Notes: generated by a model from the sequence alone, not told the origin. A DNA stretch of 64,000 bases from Planctomycetota bacterium (GCA_965222115.1 CBDCTJ010000007.1:2880001-2944000), one strand, 5' to 3'; counted from the stretch's first letter, positions 29,378 through 40,388 are shown. Numbers and translations: made by a program.

Positions 29378-32300
29378 ATGAACGCCGAAGAACCTGCGGC
29401 CTCAGGCGCCTCAGGGAATTGCTCGCTGGAACCACTCACCGCCGGGCTACCGGACTGCCTGCTGCGAGATCGCCATCGACTGGGTAAACGCATCGATGCG
29501 CTGCGGCGCCAAGAAGTCGATGACAATTCGCTTGCCAAGCAGTTCGAGAGCCTCGTTCGGGACATTCAGGCAAGTAGGCGGCGTGTGGAAGATCGACGAG
29601 CCGCCCGCCCCGCGATCGCGTATGACGACGCTCTCCCAATTGCCGCCAAACGCGAGGCAATCCTCGATGCGATTCGCGATCATCAAGTGGTTGTCATCTG
29701 CGGTGAAACCGGATCGGGTAAGACCACGCAGATTCCAAAGATCTGCCTCGAACTGGGACGCGGGGTGTTTGGTTCCATTGGGCACACGCAACCGCGACGC
29801 ATTGCTGCACGGAGCGTTGCGCGGCGGATTGCCGAAGAGCTCGGATGCCGTGTGGGATCGTACGTGGGTTGGAAGGTCCGCTTCGACGACGAAACGAGTA
29901 AAGACACATGCGTCAAGCTGCTTACTGACGGCATGTTGTTGGCCGAGACACAGCGCGATCCCCTCCTTGAGCAGTACGACACCATCATTATTGACGAAGC
30001 CCACGAGCGAAGCCTCAATATTGACTTTCTATTGGGTTACATGAAGGGGCTCCTGCCCTTGCGCCCTGAACTCAAAGTGGTGATCACGAGCGCGACGATC
30101 GATCCGGATCGGTTCAGCGAACACTTTGGCGATGCACCCATCATTGAAGTGAGCGGACGCACGTTTCCAGTGGACGTTCGTTATCGCCCGGCACCGGTGG
30201 ATGACGACGAGGAACTCGCACTTGAGAGGCAAGTGGTGCTCGCCTGCGAAGAACTCATGTCGGAGGGGCGCGGCGATATCCTTGTGTTTCTATCCGGGGA
30301 ACGGGAGATCAACGAGTGCCGCGAAGCGCTGGAAGACAAAAGTTTTCCAAAAACGCGCGTGCTCCCGTTGTACGCCCGACTATCGAGTAAAGACCAGCAA
30401 CGCGTGTTTCAACCGCACGATGAACGACACATCGTCTTAGCAACCAACGTGGCGGAGACTTCGTTGACCGTGCCGGGGATTCGGTACGTCATCGATTCGG
30501 GACGAGCCAAGGTCAGTCGCTACAGTGCCCGTGCCAAGATTCAACGCCTGCCCGTGGAACGCGTTAGTCAGGCCTCCGCAAAGCAGCGCGCGGGCCGCTG
30601 TGGCCGCTTGGAAGACGGCATCTGCATTCGTCTATTTGACGAAGAGGACTTTGAACGCCGGCGCGAGTTCACGCAACCCGAGATTCAACGCACCAACCTC
30701 GCAAGCGTCATCTTGCAGATGAAATCATTAGATCTTGGCGATATAGAGGCCTTTCCATTCATTGATCCGCCGAGCAATCAACTCATTCGCGATGGCTACC
30801 AAACCCTATTTGACTTGGGTGCCGTGGGCGAAGATTTAAGGCTCACCGCAATCGGCCACCAGCTTGCGCGGCTTCCCATTGATCCGCGCGTGGGCCGCAT
30901 TCTGCTGGAGGCGAGTCGGCTCGGTTGCCTGTCGGAAATGCTCACGATTGCCGCCGCGCTGTCTGTCCAGGATCCCAACGTGCGCCCGAGTGACCGCAAG
31001 CAGGACGCCGACCGCGTCCACGCCCGCCACCAACATCAGGCATCCGATTTTCTCAGCTATCTCGTTCTCTACCGTGCCTACGAAACCAAGCGAAACGATG
31101 GAACTCGATCTGCGCTTAGACGCTGGTGTCGCAAGAACTACCTCTCCTATCCGCGCATGCGCGAGTGGGAGGACTTGCGGCACCAAGTGGCCGAGCTGGT
31201 CGAACGCATGGATTGGCCGCTAAACGAAGGCAAGGCTCCGGATGACGACATTCACCGCGCGGTCATTCCCGGGTTCGTGCGTCATGTGGCCATTCGCGGC
31301 AAAGGGCACGCCTACTTGGGCACCAAGAATGTGCAGGTCTTTGTGTTTCCCGGCTCCACGCTCTTCGCGGTGAAACCGAAGTGGATAATTTCTGCAGAAC
31401 GTGTGGAAACAACACGGCTCTATGCACGCATCGTGGCGCCCATTAGGCGCGCGTGGATTGAGCCGTACGCCGCTCACCTGGCCAAACGCACCTATTCCGA
31501 CGCACACTTCGACGAAAAACAGGGGCACGTCCTCGCCTTTGAACGCATTACGCTTGATGGCCTGGTGCTCGTCAAACGTAGGCGTGTGCATTTTGGTCGC
31601 ATCAACCCCAAGCGCTCTCGAGAGATTTTCATTCGACACGCGCTGGTACTTGGTCGCTACAAAACCAACGCACCGTTTGCGCGACACAACGCCAGCGTTA
31701 TTGGCGACGCAAAGGAACTCGCCATACGGGTCCGCGATCGCACTCTTGAACTCGACGGAGACGATCTCTTCGCGTTCTTTGACAGCGTGGTGCCTGCCGA
31801 TGTGGTGGGACGCAAGAGCTTTGAACGCTGGCGGCGGCATGTGGAAGCGGATAACCCAACCGCGCTATTCCTTCCTCGCGACGAAATGTTGCGCACGGCA
31901 ACCGGCCGCATGACGCCGGAGGAAATTCGCACCGCATTTCCAGATGCGATTGTTCAAGGGGGAACGCGGCTTGAATTGGCATACCGCTATCAACCAGGTC
32001 ATCGCGCCGATGGCGTCACGCTGCGTGTTCCGATCGAGCGCCTTTCGCAGATATCCGGTGCCACGCTCTCGTGGCTCGTTCCCGGGCTGCGCATCGCAAA
32101 GATCACAGCACTACTCAAAACACTGCCCAAGTCGATTCGGAAACAGCTCGTGCCCCTTCCCGATCGAGCGAACGTGCTGAACGCTAAAATGAAACCGGGC
32201 GGCACCCACCTTATTCCCGCGCTCACAAACGCGTTGGCCGACTATGCACGAATTCGTGTCTCGACATCTGAGTTTCGGCCCGAGAAACTTGAACCGCATC

Positions 32301-33301
32301 TCGAAATGAACATTCGTGTGATAGGCAACGACGGAATGTTGTTGGCCGAAGGCCGTTCGCTCGATGCGGTGCGAAAACGACTGCGTCAACACGCCAAGCA
32401 CGCCGTGGATGTGGCGCGCAAACAACTGGACGACGGCACGATTCACACGTCGTGGACCTTTGGCGACATACCCTTCCAGGAAGACACGGATCGCAAGGGC
32501 TACTCGGTACCGACCTATCCGACCCTCATCGACGTGGATACCGGTGTTCGATTGACGCTTGTGGACGAGCCCAGGCGAGCTGCGCGACTGCACGTGGATG
32601 GCCTTGTTCGCTTGGGAACGTTCACGCATCGCAAAGAACTTCGCTCGCTGATTCGTGGACATGCACAGATACAGCGGCTTGAACTACTTCACGCCACGCT
32701 TGGAAGCAGTGATGCTCTGCATGACGGATTGATGGGACTACTCATCCGTACTGCATCCACTCTCACGTCCGACATTCGCAGTGAGGCCGATTTCAAGGTG
32801 GCCATGACTTCGGCACGCTCACGACTAGGACCCACGTTCCATCGTAACGTGATTCCGATCATCTCGGATTCGCTGAACGCCTACGCCGACGTTGCACGCA
32901 AACTTATGCTTGAGGCCCCACCCGGATTTGAAGAACCCATCAGTGACATGATGGGACAACTGGCGCGCCTCGTTGAGCCCGGATGGATCTACCGCACGCC
33001 GCTTGAAACGCTCCGCGGCTATCCGCGCTACCTGCAAGCAATGAACACCCGACTGATCAAACTGGGCCAGGGAGAACTCAAACGCGATCGGCGCCTATCG
33101 GAGCAGATTCGCCCCCACTGGCAGCGCTACCTCGACCGCGAGGCACGTCATTTTCGCGAGCACACATTCGATCCCGAGTTAGAACGAATGCGGTGGATGC
33201 TTGAAGATTTCCGCGTCACGCTCTTTGCATCGGGCCGTGGTCAGCCGAACGTCGTGTCAGTGGAACAATTGCGGGCGCAGTGGGATCGTTGTGTGCAATA
33301 G
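29378..33301 (+). CDS. hrpA: ATP-dependent RNA helicase HrpA
   Basis: GETGSGKTTQ, DEAHERS, SATID, TNVAETSLTVPGI, QRAGRCGR, C-terminal RWMLEDFRVTLFA. Confidence 0.95.
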   Translation: MNAEEPAASGASGNCSLEPLTAGLPDCLLRDRHRLGKRIDALRRQEVDDNSLAKQFESLVRDIQASRRRVEDRRAARPAIAYDDALPIAAKREAILDAIRDHQVVVICGETGSGKTTQIPKICLELGRGVFGSIGHTQPRRIAARSVARRIAEELGCRVGSYVGWKVRFDDETSKDTCVKLLTDGMLLAETQRDPLLEQYDTIIIDEAHERSLNIDFLLGYMKGLLPLRPELKVVITSATIDPDRFSEHFGDAPIIEVSGRTFPVDVRYRPAPVDDDEELALERQVVLACEELMSEGRGDILVFLSGEREINECREALEDKSFPKTRVLPLYARLSSKDQQRVFQPHDERHIVLATNVAETSLTVPGIRYVIDSGRAKVSRYSARAKIQRLPVERVSQASAKQRAGRCGRLEDGICIRLFDEEDFERRREFTQPEIQRTNLASVILQMKSLDLGDIEAFPFIDPPSNQLIRDGYQTLFDLGAVGEDLRLTAIGHQLARLPIDPRVGRILLEASRLGCLSEMLTIAAALSVQDPNVRPSDRKQDADRVHARHQHQASDFLSYLVLYRAYETKRNDGTRSALRRWCRKNYLSYPRMREWEDLRHQVAELVERMDWPLNEGKAPDDDIHRAVIPGFVRHVAIRGKGHAYLGTKNVQVFVFPGSTLFAVKPKWIISAERVETTRLYARIVAPIRRAWIEPYAAHLAKRTYSDAHFDEKQGHVLAFERITLDGLVLVKRRRVHFGRINPKRSREIFIRHALVLGRYKTNAPFARHNASVIGDAKELAIRVRDRTLELDGDDLFAFFDSVVPADVVGRKSFERWRRHVEADNPTALFLPRDEMLRTATGRMTPEEIRTAFPDAIVQGGTRLELAYRYQPGHRADGVTLRVPIERLSQISGATLSWLVPGLRIAKITALLKTLPKSIRKQLVPLPDRANVLNAKMKPGGTHLIPALTNALADYARIRVSTSEFRPEKLEPHLEMNIRVIGNDGMLLAEGRSLDAVRKRLRQHAKHAVDVARKQLDDGTIHTSWTFGDIPFQEDTDRKGYSVPTYPTLIDVDTGVRLTLVDEPRRAARLHVDGLVRLGTFTHRKELRSLIRGHAQIQRLELLHATLGSSDALHDGLMGLLIRTASTLTSDIRSEADFKVAMTSARSRLGPTFHRNVIPIISDSLNAYADVARKLMLEAPPGFEEPISDMMGQLARLVEPGWIYRTPLETLRGYPRYLQAMNTRLIKLGQGELKRDRRLSEQIRPHWQRYLDREARHFREHTFDPELERMRWMLEDFRVTLFASGRGQPNVVSVEQLRAQWDRCVQ

Positions 33302-33366
33302 CGCGTGAGATCGACCGACCTTCTCGTACCCTACGCCCGCCCATCGCCAACCGAAGGACGCCCCCC

Positions 33367-35226
33367 TTGACCAACGTCACGCTCACGCCCCGACAGCACT
33401 ACGAATCTCGGCGCGATCACTTTGCTGCGCTCGAGGAGGCGCTTTCCAAGAAGGAGGAACAACTCGGGACCTATCGACTCTTGGTGGCGTTAGCTGCAGG
33501 CATCCTCTGGTGGCTGACGTACGCAAATGGGTGGTCACTCTTGTGGCTGTTGCTGCCCCTTGCGGCGTTCATTGTCTTGATCTCCATTCACATGAATGTG
33601 AGCAACACGGCTCGACGCGCATCGCGCGGACGTGCGATGTATGAACGCGGACTGGAACGTTTGGACGGCGCGTGGCATGGCCATTCGCCGGACGGCGCGT
33701 CGTTCAAGGACTCACACCATCTCTATGCACCGGATTTAGATCTCTTTGGCAAAGGGTCGCTTTTTCAACGCCTGTGCACTGCACGGTTGCGCGCCGGTCA
33801 GGAGCGATTGGCGGCTTGGCTAAAACAACGGGCCGAACCCAATGAGATCACACGCCGCCAAGCGGCCGTACTCGACTTGGCCACACGACATACGCTCCGC
33901 GAAGACGCCGCACTCGTTGGCGACGACATGAAACGTGCGGGGCGGTCCCAGAGTCTTCGCAGTTGGCTAACGGACGACTCCACCATTCCCGGTCGCGGCC
34001 TGCGTCCCGTGCTGGTGCTTTCTTCTCTCGTGACAACGGCGGCGCTTGTGGGTTGGCTGATGAGTCTCATCAATCCACTCTGGTTCTTCGGCGCGGCACT
34101 GATTCAGTACGCGCTAACTCGCCCGCTATCGAAGTCCGTTGAGAAGACACTTGCCAACACGATGGGCCCCGCGCAAGAACTTGCTCTGCTTGGGCGTCTG
34201 CTGGAGCGGCTTCGCGCCGAAGATTTCGACGCACCGATGCTGGGAGAGCTATCGGAGACGCGTGCGGGCGAGCACGGAACGCCCAGCGAAATACTCAAAG
34301 GCATCGAACGCAGGCGCGCCTATGTCGAGTCGCGCGCGAATCCACTCTTTATGGTGATCGCCTGGCTCGGTTGCCTCGGCACGCACCTTGGATTCGGCAT
34401 TGAGTCGTGGCGCAAGGCACACGGCGAGACCGTGTTGCATTGGGTCGAACACTGCGCACGCTACGAGGCACTTGCGAGTCTAGCTACATGGTCGTTTGAA
34501 AGACCCCAAGCAGCGATGCCCACGCTAGATCCCCAGTCCATCGCATTGACGGCAACGGAACTGGGGCATCCCTTGCTCCACCCCGACGCATGCGTGACCA
34601 ATGACGTTTCGTTGGCCCGAGATCAAGACGACGTGCCCACCGGACTCATCGTGAGCGGTTCCAACATGTCGGGCAAAAGCACCATGCTTCGCACGGTGGG
34701 CACCAACGTGGTGCTGGCTCAGGCGGGCGCGCCGGTTGTGGCATCATCGATGACGCTTTCTCCGCTTCGCGTAGCCGCCTCCATCACTGTGCAAGACAGC
34801 CTCATGAAAGGCGCCTCTCGCTTTTATGCCGAAATCGAACGCCTAAAACAAGTCGTTGACGCCAGCCGTGAATCACCAACTTGCCTGTTTCTGATCGATG
34901 AAGTACTGCATGGCACCAATTCCCACGACCGCCGTGTCGGTACCCGCGGCATTGTGCGTAGCTTGTTGAGCCACGGCGCCATGGGACTCATCACCACACA
35001 CGACTTAGCGCTCAGCGACCTCGCCACCGAGTCCGGCGGCCGCCTCAAAAATGTCCACTTCGTCGATCACGTCGAAGACGGACGCATCGCCTTCGACTAC
35101 ATCCTCCGCGACGGCCGCGTCACCCGAAGCAACGCACTCGCGCTCATGCGCAGTGTAGGCATCGACGTGGAAGAGACATTGGAAGATGCGCAGGAGCGGT
35201 TAACCGAGGATTTCGCGAGCGAGTAG
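33367..35226 (+). CDS. Membrane-anchored MutS-like ATPase (domain V only)
   Basis: TM pairs, DLDLFG, SGSNMSGKSTMLR, SRFYAE, DEVLHGTNS, TTHDL. TTG start follows GAAGGA. Confidence 0.88.
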   Translation: MTNVTLTPRQHYESRRDHFAALEEALSKKEEQLGTYRLLVALAAGILWWLTYANGWSLLWLLLPLAAFIVLISIHMNVSNTARRASRGRAMYERGLERLDGAWHGHSPDGASFKDSHHLYAPDLDLFGKGSLFQRLCTARLRAGQERLAAWLKQRAEPNEITRRQAAVLDLATRHTLREDAALVGDDMKRAGRSQSLRSWLTDDSTIPGRGLRPVLVLSSLVTTAALVGWLMSLINPLWFFGAALIQYALTRPLSKSVEKTLANTMGPAQELALLGRLLERLRAEDFDAPMLGELSETRAGEHGTPSEILKGIERRRAYVESRANPLFMVIAWLGCLGTHLGFGIESWRKAHGETVLHWVEHCARYEALASLATWSFERPQAAMPTLDPQSIALTATELGHPLLHPDACVTNDVSLARDQDDVPTGLIVSGSNMSGKSTMLRTVGTNVVLAQAGAPVVASSMTLSPLRVAASITVQDSLMKGASRFYAEIERLKQVVDASRESPTCLFLIDEVLHGTNSHDRRVGTRGIVRSLLSHGAMGLITTHDLALSDLATESGGRLKNVHFVDHVEDGRIAFDYILRDGRVTRSNALALMRSVGIDVEETLEDAQERLTEDFASE

Positions 35227-35458
35227 TCACACTCGCATAGCGATTCGAATCGATTGACCACCTTTCCGCGTATCCCTAAACATCGTTCTTCTGCGTCCCC
35301 GCAACGGTGTCTCTGCGTGCGATGAATCGCATTTGATCACACCGGGAGCATCCTCACTCCTCAAAGGGCGTGCTTTTTGCCCGCACACTGTATCGTTCAC
35401 CAGAACCATTCCATCGTGCGGCCATTCCCATGGACGAGATTTCTGTAGCCACAGCTGT

Positions 35459-35602
35459 GCTTGGTGAACTTAGTGTCCTTTGTGAGACCCTTCTTCTCCA
35501 AGCCTCGCTCCGCGCCCAGGCATCTTTCAGTATTTCTCTGCACCGCCCCATAACGCTTTGCGCTTCGTTTCTTAGCGCTCTTTGTGTGAGCCTTTTCTTC
35601 CA
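35459..35602. repeat. Dispersed repeat family B copy (35459-35504) plus degenerate copy (35570-35602)
   Basis: GCTTGGTGAACTTAGTGTCCTTTGTGAGACCCTTCTTCTCCAAGCC matches 22501-22544 and 59546-59586. Confidence 0.8.
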
Positions 35603-35637
35603 ATCAGGTCTTCCTGACCCTTACGCCGGCCGCGCCC

Positions 35638-36783
35638 CTACCGGGAGCGAAACCACCGCTCCGTATACTGCGCATTCAGACCGGCATAAAATCGCACCGC
35701 CAGCTTGGCTTTGTATCCGATCTTGTGCCACCGATCGGCATAGGTCCATAGCGGCGCACCATCGAGGAATAAGTAGCTCGCGATACTATTGAAATCGTTC
35801 TCGAAACTCGACTGCGCGTACTGATAGAGAAAACCGTGTTTCATATACGACGGACGCGGCGTTACGCCTCCTCGACCACGCCGCAGCGCCGAACTCCCGC
35901 TTGAGCCGTAGCGAAACTGTGTTGGATTCACGCGCGACCAATGTACACGGCTCAGGAGATGGGGACTGCTGCGCAAGAAAACACTCGAAAGCTCGGCGTG
36001 AATTACGCGTTCCATGGCACGGCCGGTGGGGTCGGCCCCGAAGCCGCCGTAGCAGACATAGATGCGACGGTTGCTGTTGGTTCCGCCCGCTTGCACACCA
36101 TAAAACTGTAAACGCCCGAGGATGTAGACTCGATCGACATACTTGCGCAGCAACGATGCTGGGTACTTGCTGAGGGCACGTGAAGCAATCGAGGCCGCAA
36201 AGGCCCGTTCTTGTTGGGTGCGCAGCGGATAGCCGCGTGCCTGGGTACGACCGCTACGCCATGCGGAGGGAAACATGTCGGCGTCGGGCTTGTAGCGCAG
36301 GAGCGAACGCACGATGCCTGACGGCTGCGGCGTGGCAGGCTGCACCACTGTGCGACGCGTTCCCATTGATCCGTAGGTTCTTGGCGCGGCGGGTGTTGTG
36401 TAACCGGGTTGGCGTTGACCGTATGGCGACGAAGGAACCACATGCGTAGGCGGATAGTAGATCGGGTACTGACTCACGGGCTGTGGCGTGGTGTACCCGC
36501 CACTTGAACCATGCGGCGAAACATAAATCGTTCCCGGTGTCGTATGGCCCGCAGGAGGACTTGCAGGATAGGACTGGGGTGTTTTCTGAGGAGGCGCGTA
36601 GGGAGCATAGGTAGTGCCCGTTTCTGCAGGGACTGGTGCCGGAATCGGCGTGTCGATGCGCACAGGTGCCGGCTGCGAAACAAACGGCCCGTTCGCGGGT
36701 GCGGGTGCTGGAAACGTGGATCCCGTACCGTGCCCATCCTCGGGACTCGCAATGCATACGCCCGACATCGCGACCAAGAGCAA
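35638..36783 (-). CDS. Secreted protein with Pro/Tyr-rich N-region and zincin-like C-terminal domain
   Basis: Hydrophobic signal, low-complexity P/Y/T region, then AGGTNS, VIHAELSS and YAQSSFENDF. Start uncertain; the longer ORF overlaps mutM. Confidence 0.65.
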   Translation of the reverse strand: MLLVAMSGVCIASPEDGHGTGSTFPAPAPANGPFVSQPAPVRIDTPIPAPVPAETGTTYAPYAPPQKTPQSYPASPPAGHTTPGTIYVSPHGSSGGYTTPQPVSQYPIYYPPTHVVPSSPYGQRQPGYTTPAAPRTYGSMGTRRTVVQPATPQPSGIVRSLLRYKPDADMFPSAWRSGRTQARGYPLRTQQERAFAASIASRALSKYPASLLRKYVDRVYILGRLQFYGVQAGGTNSNRRIYVCYGGFGADPTGRAMERVIHAELSSVFLRSSPHLLSRVHWSRVNPTQFRYGSSGSSALRRGRGGVTPRPSYMKHGFLYQYAQSSFENDFNSIASYLFLDGAPLWTYADRWHKIGYKAKLAVRFYAGLNAQYTERWFRSR

Positions 36784-36817
36784 GACTGAACCGATGGCGC
36801 AAATTCCAGAAGTCCAA

Positions 36818-37654
36818 CTACAAGCGTGGGGCGCGCTGACAGCGGCTGCAGATATGCGTTCCGCGCTGGGCAACGACGATACGTCGTATGACGCTCCCGC
36901 ACGTGCCACAGGCCTTGCCCGCCCGTCCATACACAGCGAAGAGGTGCTGGTAGGAGCCGGGGCTGCCTTCGGGCGTTCGATAAAAGCTGTCAAAACTCGA
37001 TCCCTCACGCTCAATGGCTCGCCGGAGAATGGCCCGAATGTTCGCATGCAATCGCGAAACCGCCGCACGCGAGATTCGGCAGGCTGGGCGCTCTGGATGA
37101 ATCCTCGACGCGTGGAGCGACTCGTCCACATAAATATTGCCAAGACCGGCAATTAGGGACTGATCGAGGAGCAACGGCTTGATTCTTCGCTTCCGCTTGG
37201 CGAGCGCGCCACGCAGCCAGGCAGCGGTGAAATCGGGACCCAACGGCTCTAGCCCCAAGTCCTTGAGCCGCTCATCGGCGTTCGCACAGAACTCGAGGCG
37301 CCCAAATTTGCGCACATCCAGAAAGTGAAAGACCTTGCCGCCGCTGAGGGCAAGCGATACGCGGGCATAGGCGGGACGTTCACGCGGCGGCAATACAACC
37401 AACCGTCCCGACATACGCAGATGGCCCACCAAGTCGCCAGCCGGTCCTCGCCCCTTATGTAGCGGAAGAACGATGTACTTCCCGCGCCGACGCAAGGTGC
37501 CCACGCGCCTTCCGACAACGCGCTTCCTAAACGAAGCCAATGACCGACCACCAAGTGAACGCTCCCACCCAGCGGTCACGCCGCGAATCGACTTGCCCTC
37601 AATCTGGGGCGCAATGAGCCGCATCGTAGTTTCCACCTCGGGGAGTTCAGGCAC
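36818..37654 (-). CDS. mutM: Formamidopyrimidine-DNA glycosylase
   Basis: (M)PELPEVET, RRGKY, HLRMSG, GLGNIYVDE, C-terminal CxxC...CxxCQ zinc finger. Confidence 0.96.
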   Translation of the reverse strand: MPELPEVETTMRLIAPQIEGKSIRGVTAGWERSLGGRSLASFRKRVVGRRVGTLRRRGKYIVLPLHKGRGPAGDLVGHLRMSGRLVVLPPRERPAYARVSLALSGGKVFHFLDVRKFGRLEFCANADERLKDLGLEPLGPDFTAAWLRGALAKRKRRIKPLLLDQSLIAGLGNIYVDESLHASRIHPERPACRISRAAVSRLHANIRAILRRAIEREGSSFDSFYRTPEGSPGSYQHLFAVYGRAGKACGTCGSVIRRIVVAQRGTHICSRCQRAPRL

Positions 37655-38369
37655 GCGGCGTGCCTTTGCTCGAATGAGGTGCACAGAGGGTTGAGGCGCC
37701 ACTGTGCATCCACGGCCCAGCGGGTTGGGACCGTGCAATCTCGCCTTCAAATTCACAGAGTGCGTGCCAGCGCGAATCACGCGCATCGCGCCCGATTGCT
37801 AACACTTCGGCAAGCTCCAAAAACTGCATGTAGTGTCCGTGCTCGGACTGTTGAAGGCGACGATAGAGCAAGGCAAGCGCTTCATCGTCAATGCCATCGG
37901 CGAGCAAGAGAAATCGCTCGTAGGAACGTAGTTCGATCAGCGCAGAAACGAGCAGGCGATCCAAAAGTTCGCGTTCGCTCCGACCCCAACGAACGAGGCG
38001 GTGGAGCTCACTCGCGTACGCATTTTTGTGACCCGGTACAAGCGCACCCCCGCGACGATGCAACTCACGCGTAACAGTGGCCAAGTGGGCTGCTTCATCC
38101 CGTGCGATGGCTGCCAATGTGCGCACCCATGTGGATGCCGACGGATCGGACGACTCATGCAGTTCCACGCGATGAGGCCAAAGACCCAGCAGTGCCAGCG
38201 CATTGCTCGTCGCCTTGCGTTCCAAATGCGCGTGGTCACAGAGAAGCGCGCAGACATCGGAACTAGCCGTCTGAATCCAGTGCGAAGGCGTCCGCCAGCG
38301 AAGCGCCGCCAGTGAATTATCGGCGTCGGGGGCTATAGTTCTGTGGGCAGGCATGCCGAAAGTGTGCAT
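37647..38369 (-). CDS. miaE: tRNA-(ms2io6A)-hydroxylase MiaE (diiron)
   Basis: DHAHLERKA, EAAH, DRLLVSALIELRSYERF, SEHGHY. Confidence 0.9.
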   Translation of the reverse strand: MHTFGMPAHRTIAPDADNSLAALRWRTPSHWIQTASSDVCALLCDHAHLERKATSNALALLGLWPHRVELHESSDPSASTWVRTLAAIARDEAAHLATVTRELHRRGGALVPGHKNAYASELHRLVRWGRSERELLDRLLVSALIELRSYERFLLLADGIDDEALALLYRRLQQSEHGHYMQFLELAEVLAIGRDARDSRWHALCEFEGEIARSQPAGPWMHSGASTLCAPHSSKGTPRA

Positions 38370-38458
38370 ACGATGGGCGCGGGAGCCAAGTCTACGCAGT
38401 CGCTTGAGGGTGAGACCTCGTTACGCTCCTCGCAAGATAGCCCCTCGCCGGAGAGCCC

Positions 38459-39034
38459 ATGGCCCGCAAACGCGCCCCCGAACCACCCAAGCGACCGATT
38501 TGGCATCCTTCGCGCTTTGGCTGGGCCAACGGACTTGGATTCGCCCTCGGCGTCTTCCTTGCCTTGTTCATTATGGGTGTCGCGGGTTCGGCTCTCCTTG
38601 GCCGCTCCGAGCCGCTGACATTTTCGTTCCCTGCAATCTATGCCTACGCAAGTATGGCCACCCTGCTCATTTTGGTTGGCTTTACCTGCGTATTGATCTT
38701 CGGCGTGGCGTGGAAGGGCGCCGACTTTGGAACGCACCGCGCTCGCAACCTCGTGTTCTTGTGGTCGCTTGCGGGTCTTTTGTTTTTCCTCGTGCAGCTA
38801 CTTGTGTTGCTCAAGTTTGGACGTCCGAACCTCCCCTACGTTGCTAAGTGGGCAAGCGATCTGTACTGGGGGATGGCCCCCGTTGGCATGATCTGTTTCG
38901 CACTCATGACGTATGTCAACTACGCAGCGGCCCACGACCCCGCGCTCGACGACGATGAGGTAGACGACGAATTCGGCTACGCCCATGCGGATGAATCGTG
39001 GGATGAGGACTACGACGAGGCGCCCGAATATTAG
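38459..39034 (+). CDS. Hypothetical four-TM membrane protein with acidic tail
   Basis: GGAG RBS, four hydrophobic segments, D/E-rich C-terminus. Confidence 0.75.
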   Translation: MARKRAPEPPKRPIWHPSRFGWANGLGFALGVFLALFIMGVAGSALLGRSEPLTFSFPAIYAYASMATLLILVGFTCVLIFGVAWKGADFGTHRARNLVFLWSLAGLLFFLVQLLVLLKFGRPNLPYVAKWASDLYWGMAPVGMICFALMTYVNYAAAHDPALDDDEVDDEFGYAHADESWDEDYDEAPEY

Positions 39035-39065
39035 TCGACAGCCCAAATCGTGGTTGACAGATCGT

Positions 39066-40388
39066 CTAGAGCGTCAGCGAAAAGTCGCCAATGATGGCAC
39101 CTGGAAGTCGCACGGAGTTGTAGGTGCGACCACCATACGTTCCCGGGTCGATCTGAAACTCGCGCTCGGTCGTGAGACCTTCGAGGTTGTCCCCGAGTGC
39201 GCGGTACACCGATTCGTCAAACCGCATGACACTCACCGGTGCTACGAGTTCTCCGCCCTCGACCCAGAATGTGCCAAAGCGCGTTACACCGGTCGTTCGA
39301 CACGCTTGACGATCCGAAAAGTTCAAATACCAGAGGTTGCCAATGTAGAGGCCATCCCCCAGCGTGGTGAGCACGCTGTCCTTGGCGATATCACCGCCGG
39401 CCATATCCATGCTACCCGGCGCCTCCATGCCATTGGCACCGTTGGTGGTTTCGTCAAACTCCAAGGCGGAGCGCGGAGACACCAAGCTGTCGGCAGCCTC
39501 TCCCCCACGAATCAATGGAATGCGATCGGGCGACAGGAAACCGTGTCGCTCGAAGTTGGGCGCAATGCCCTCCCCGATGTTCTCGTCCATATGGACGCTC
39601 GCATCAAACTGATCCTTGCCATCGATCAGGTGCAGTAGAGGCGTCGTGCGCGTGCGCCGCGCGCGAAGGCTGAATCCTCCCCAGGACATCATCGAGATGA
39701 CTTCGCAGAGGGCCGACGGCGCGAGATAGGCTCGGTACATGCCGGGCCGAATGGATTTGGGCGCCCTCGTCATAACGCGCAACTGTTCTTTCGACAGCGT
39801 CATTTTGTCGGCAAATGCCTGCTCGTCCCACTCGAATCCCGAGTACCCGTTCTTCACCGCCTTATCGGCTTGGTGATAGAGACTCCAGTCAAAATTGTAG
39901 TTCCACGTTTCCTTCCAATTGCGCTGCCCGAGCGAGTTGGCAAACCCCGACCACATGACGCCGTTCGCCAGGATGCCAACCAAATCATGGTCGCCCGCAG
40001 CGGCACGAATCTGATCCAAGGTGTCTGGCGTTTTCGGCACGCGGCTCTCGGCCACGTGTTCCGTGGATTCGACCGCGTCGTTATACGTTTGATACGGATT
40101 CTCGGGCACATGCGGGAGCGTCTCGCGCAAGTCGGTAGTGAGCTTCGTCAGACGGGCCGTATCTGCATCGGGGTCGCCGGAAATCGTGGTTGAACCCGAT
40201 GCGTCGCGTCCATCGCACAGCAGCGAAATGGAGAGCGCCGCCTGCTTGACGCTGCCCGACTGACGCACCAAGCCTCGGTTTAGCCGTACGAAGTCGGACG
40301 TCTCGCCCGACCCGGACACCAGCGCGACCTCACTCCCCGAGAGTCCGGCGAACACGTGCGTAGCCAACTGTTCGAAATAGTCGCGCAC
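39066..40388 (-). CDS. TldE/PmbA-like metalloprotease partner
   Basis: FVRLNRGLVRQ, PGMYRAYLAP, LWYLN, TGVTRFGTFWVEGG. Start overlaps the tldD stop. Confidence 0.88.
   Translation of the reverse strand: MRDYFEQLATHVFAGLSGSEVALVSGSGETSDFVRLNRGLVRQSGSVKQAALSISLLCDGRDASGSTTISGDPDADTARLTKLTTDLRETLPHVPENPYQTYNDAVESTEHVAESRVPKTPDTLDQIRAAAGDHDLVGILANGVMWSGFANSLGQRNWKETWNYNFDWSLYHQADKAVKNGYSGFEWDEQAFADKMTLSKEQLRVMTRAPKSIRPGMYRAYLAPSALCEVISMMSWGGFSLRARRTRTTPLLHLIDGKDQFDASVHMDENIGEGIAPNFERHGFLSPDRIPLIRGGEAADSLVSPRSALEFDETTNGANGMEAPGSMDMAGGDIAKDSVLTTLGDGLYIGNLWYLNFSDRQACRTTGVTRFGTFWVEGGELVAPVSVMRFDESVYRALGDNLEGLTTEREFQIDPGTYGGRTYNSVRLPGAIIGDFSLTL

Noticed and set aside
36818-37152. Long same-strand overlap of the 504-aa ORF with mutM
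   Set aside because: The overlapping part is an alternate-frame shadow; the signal-like segment begins after the mutM stop.
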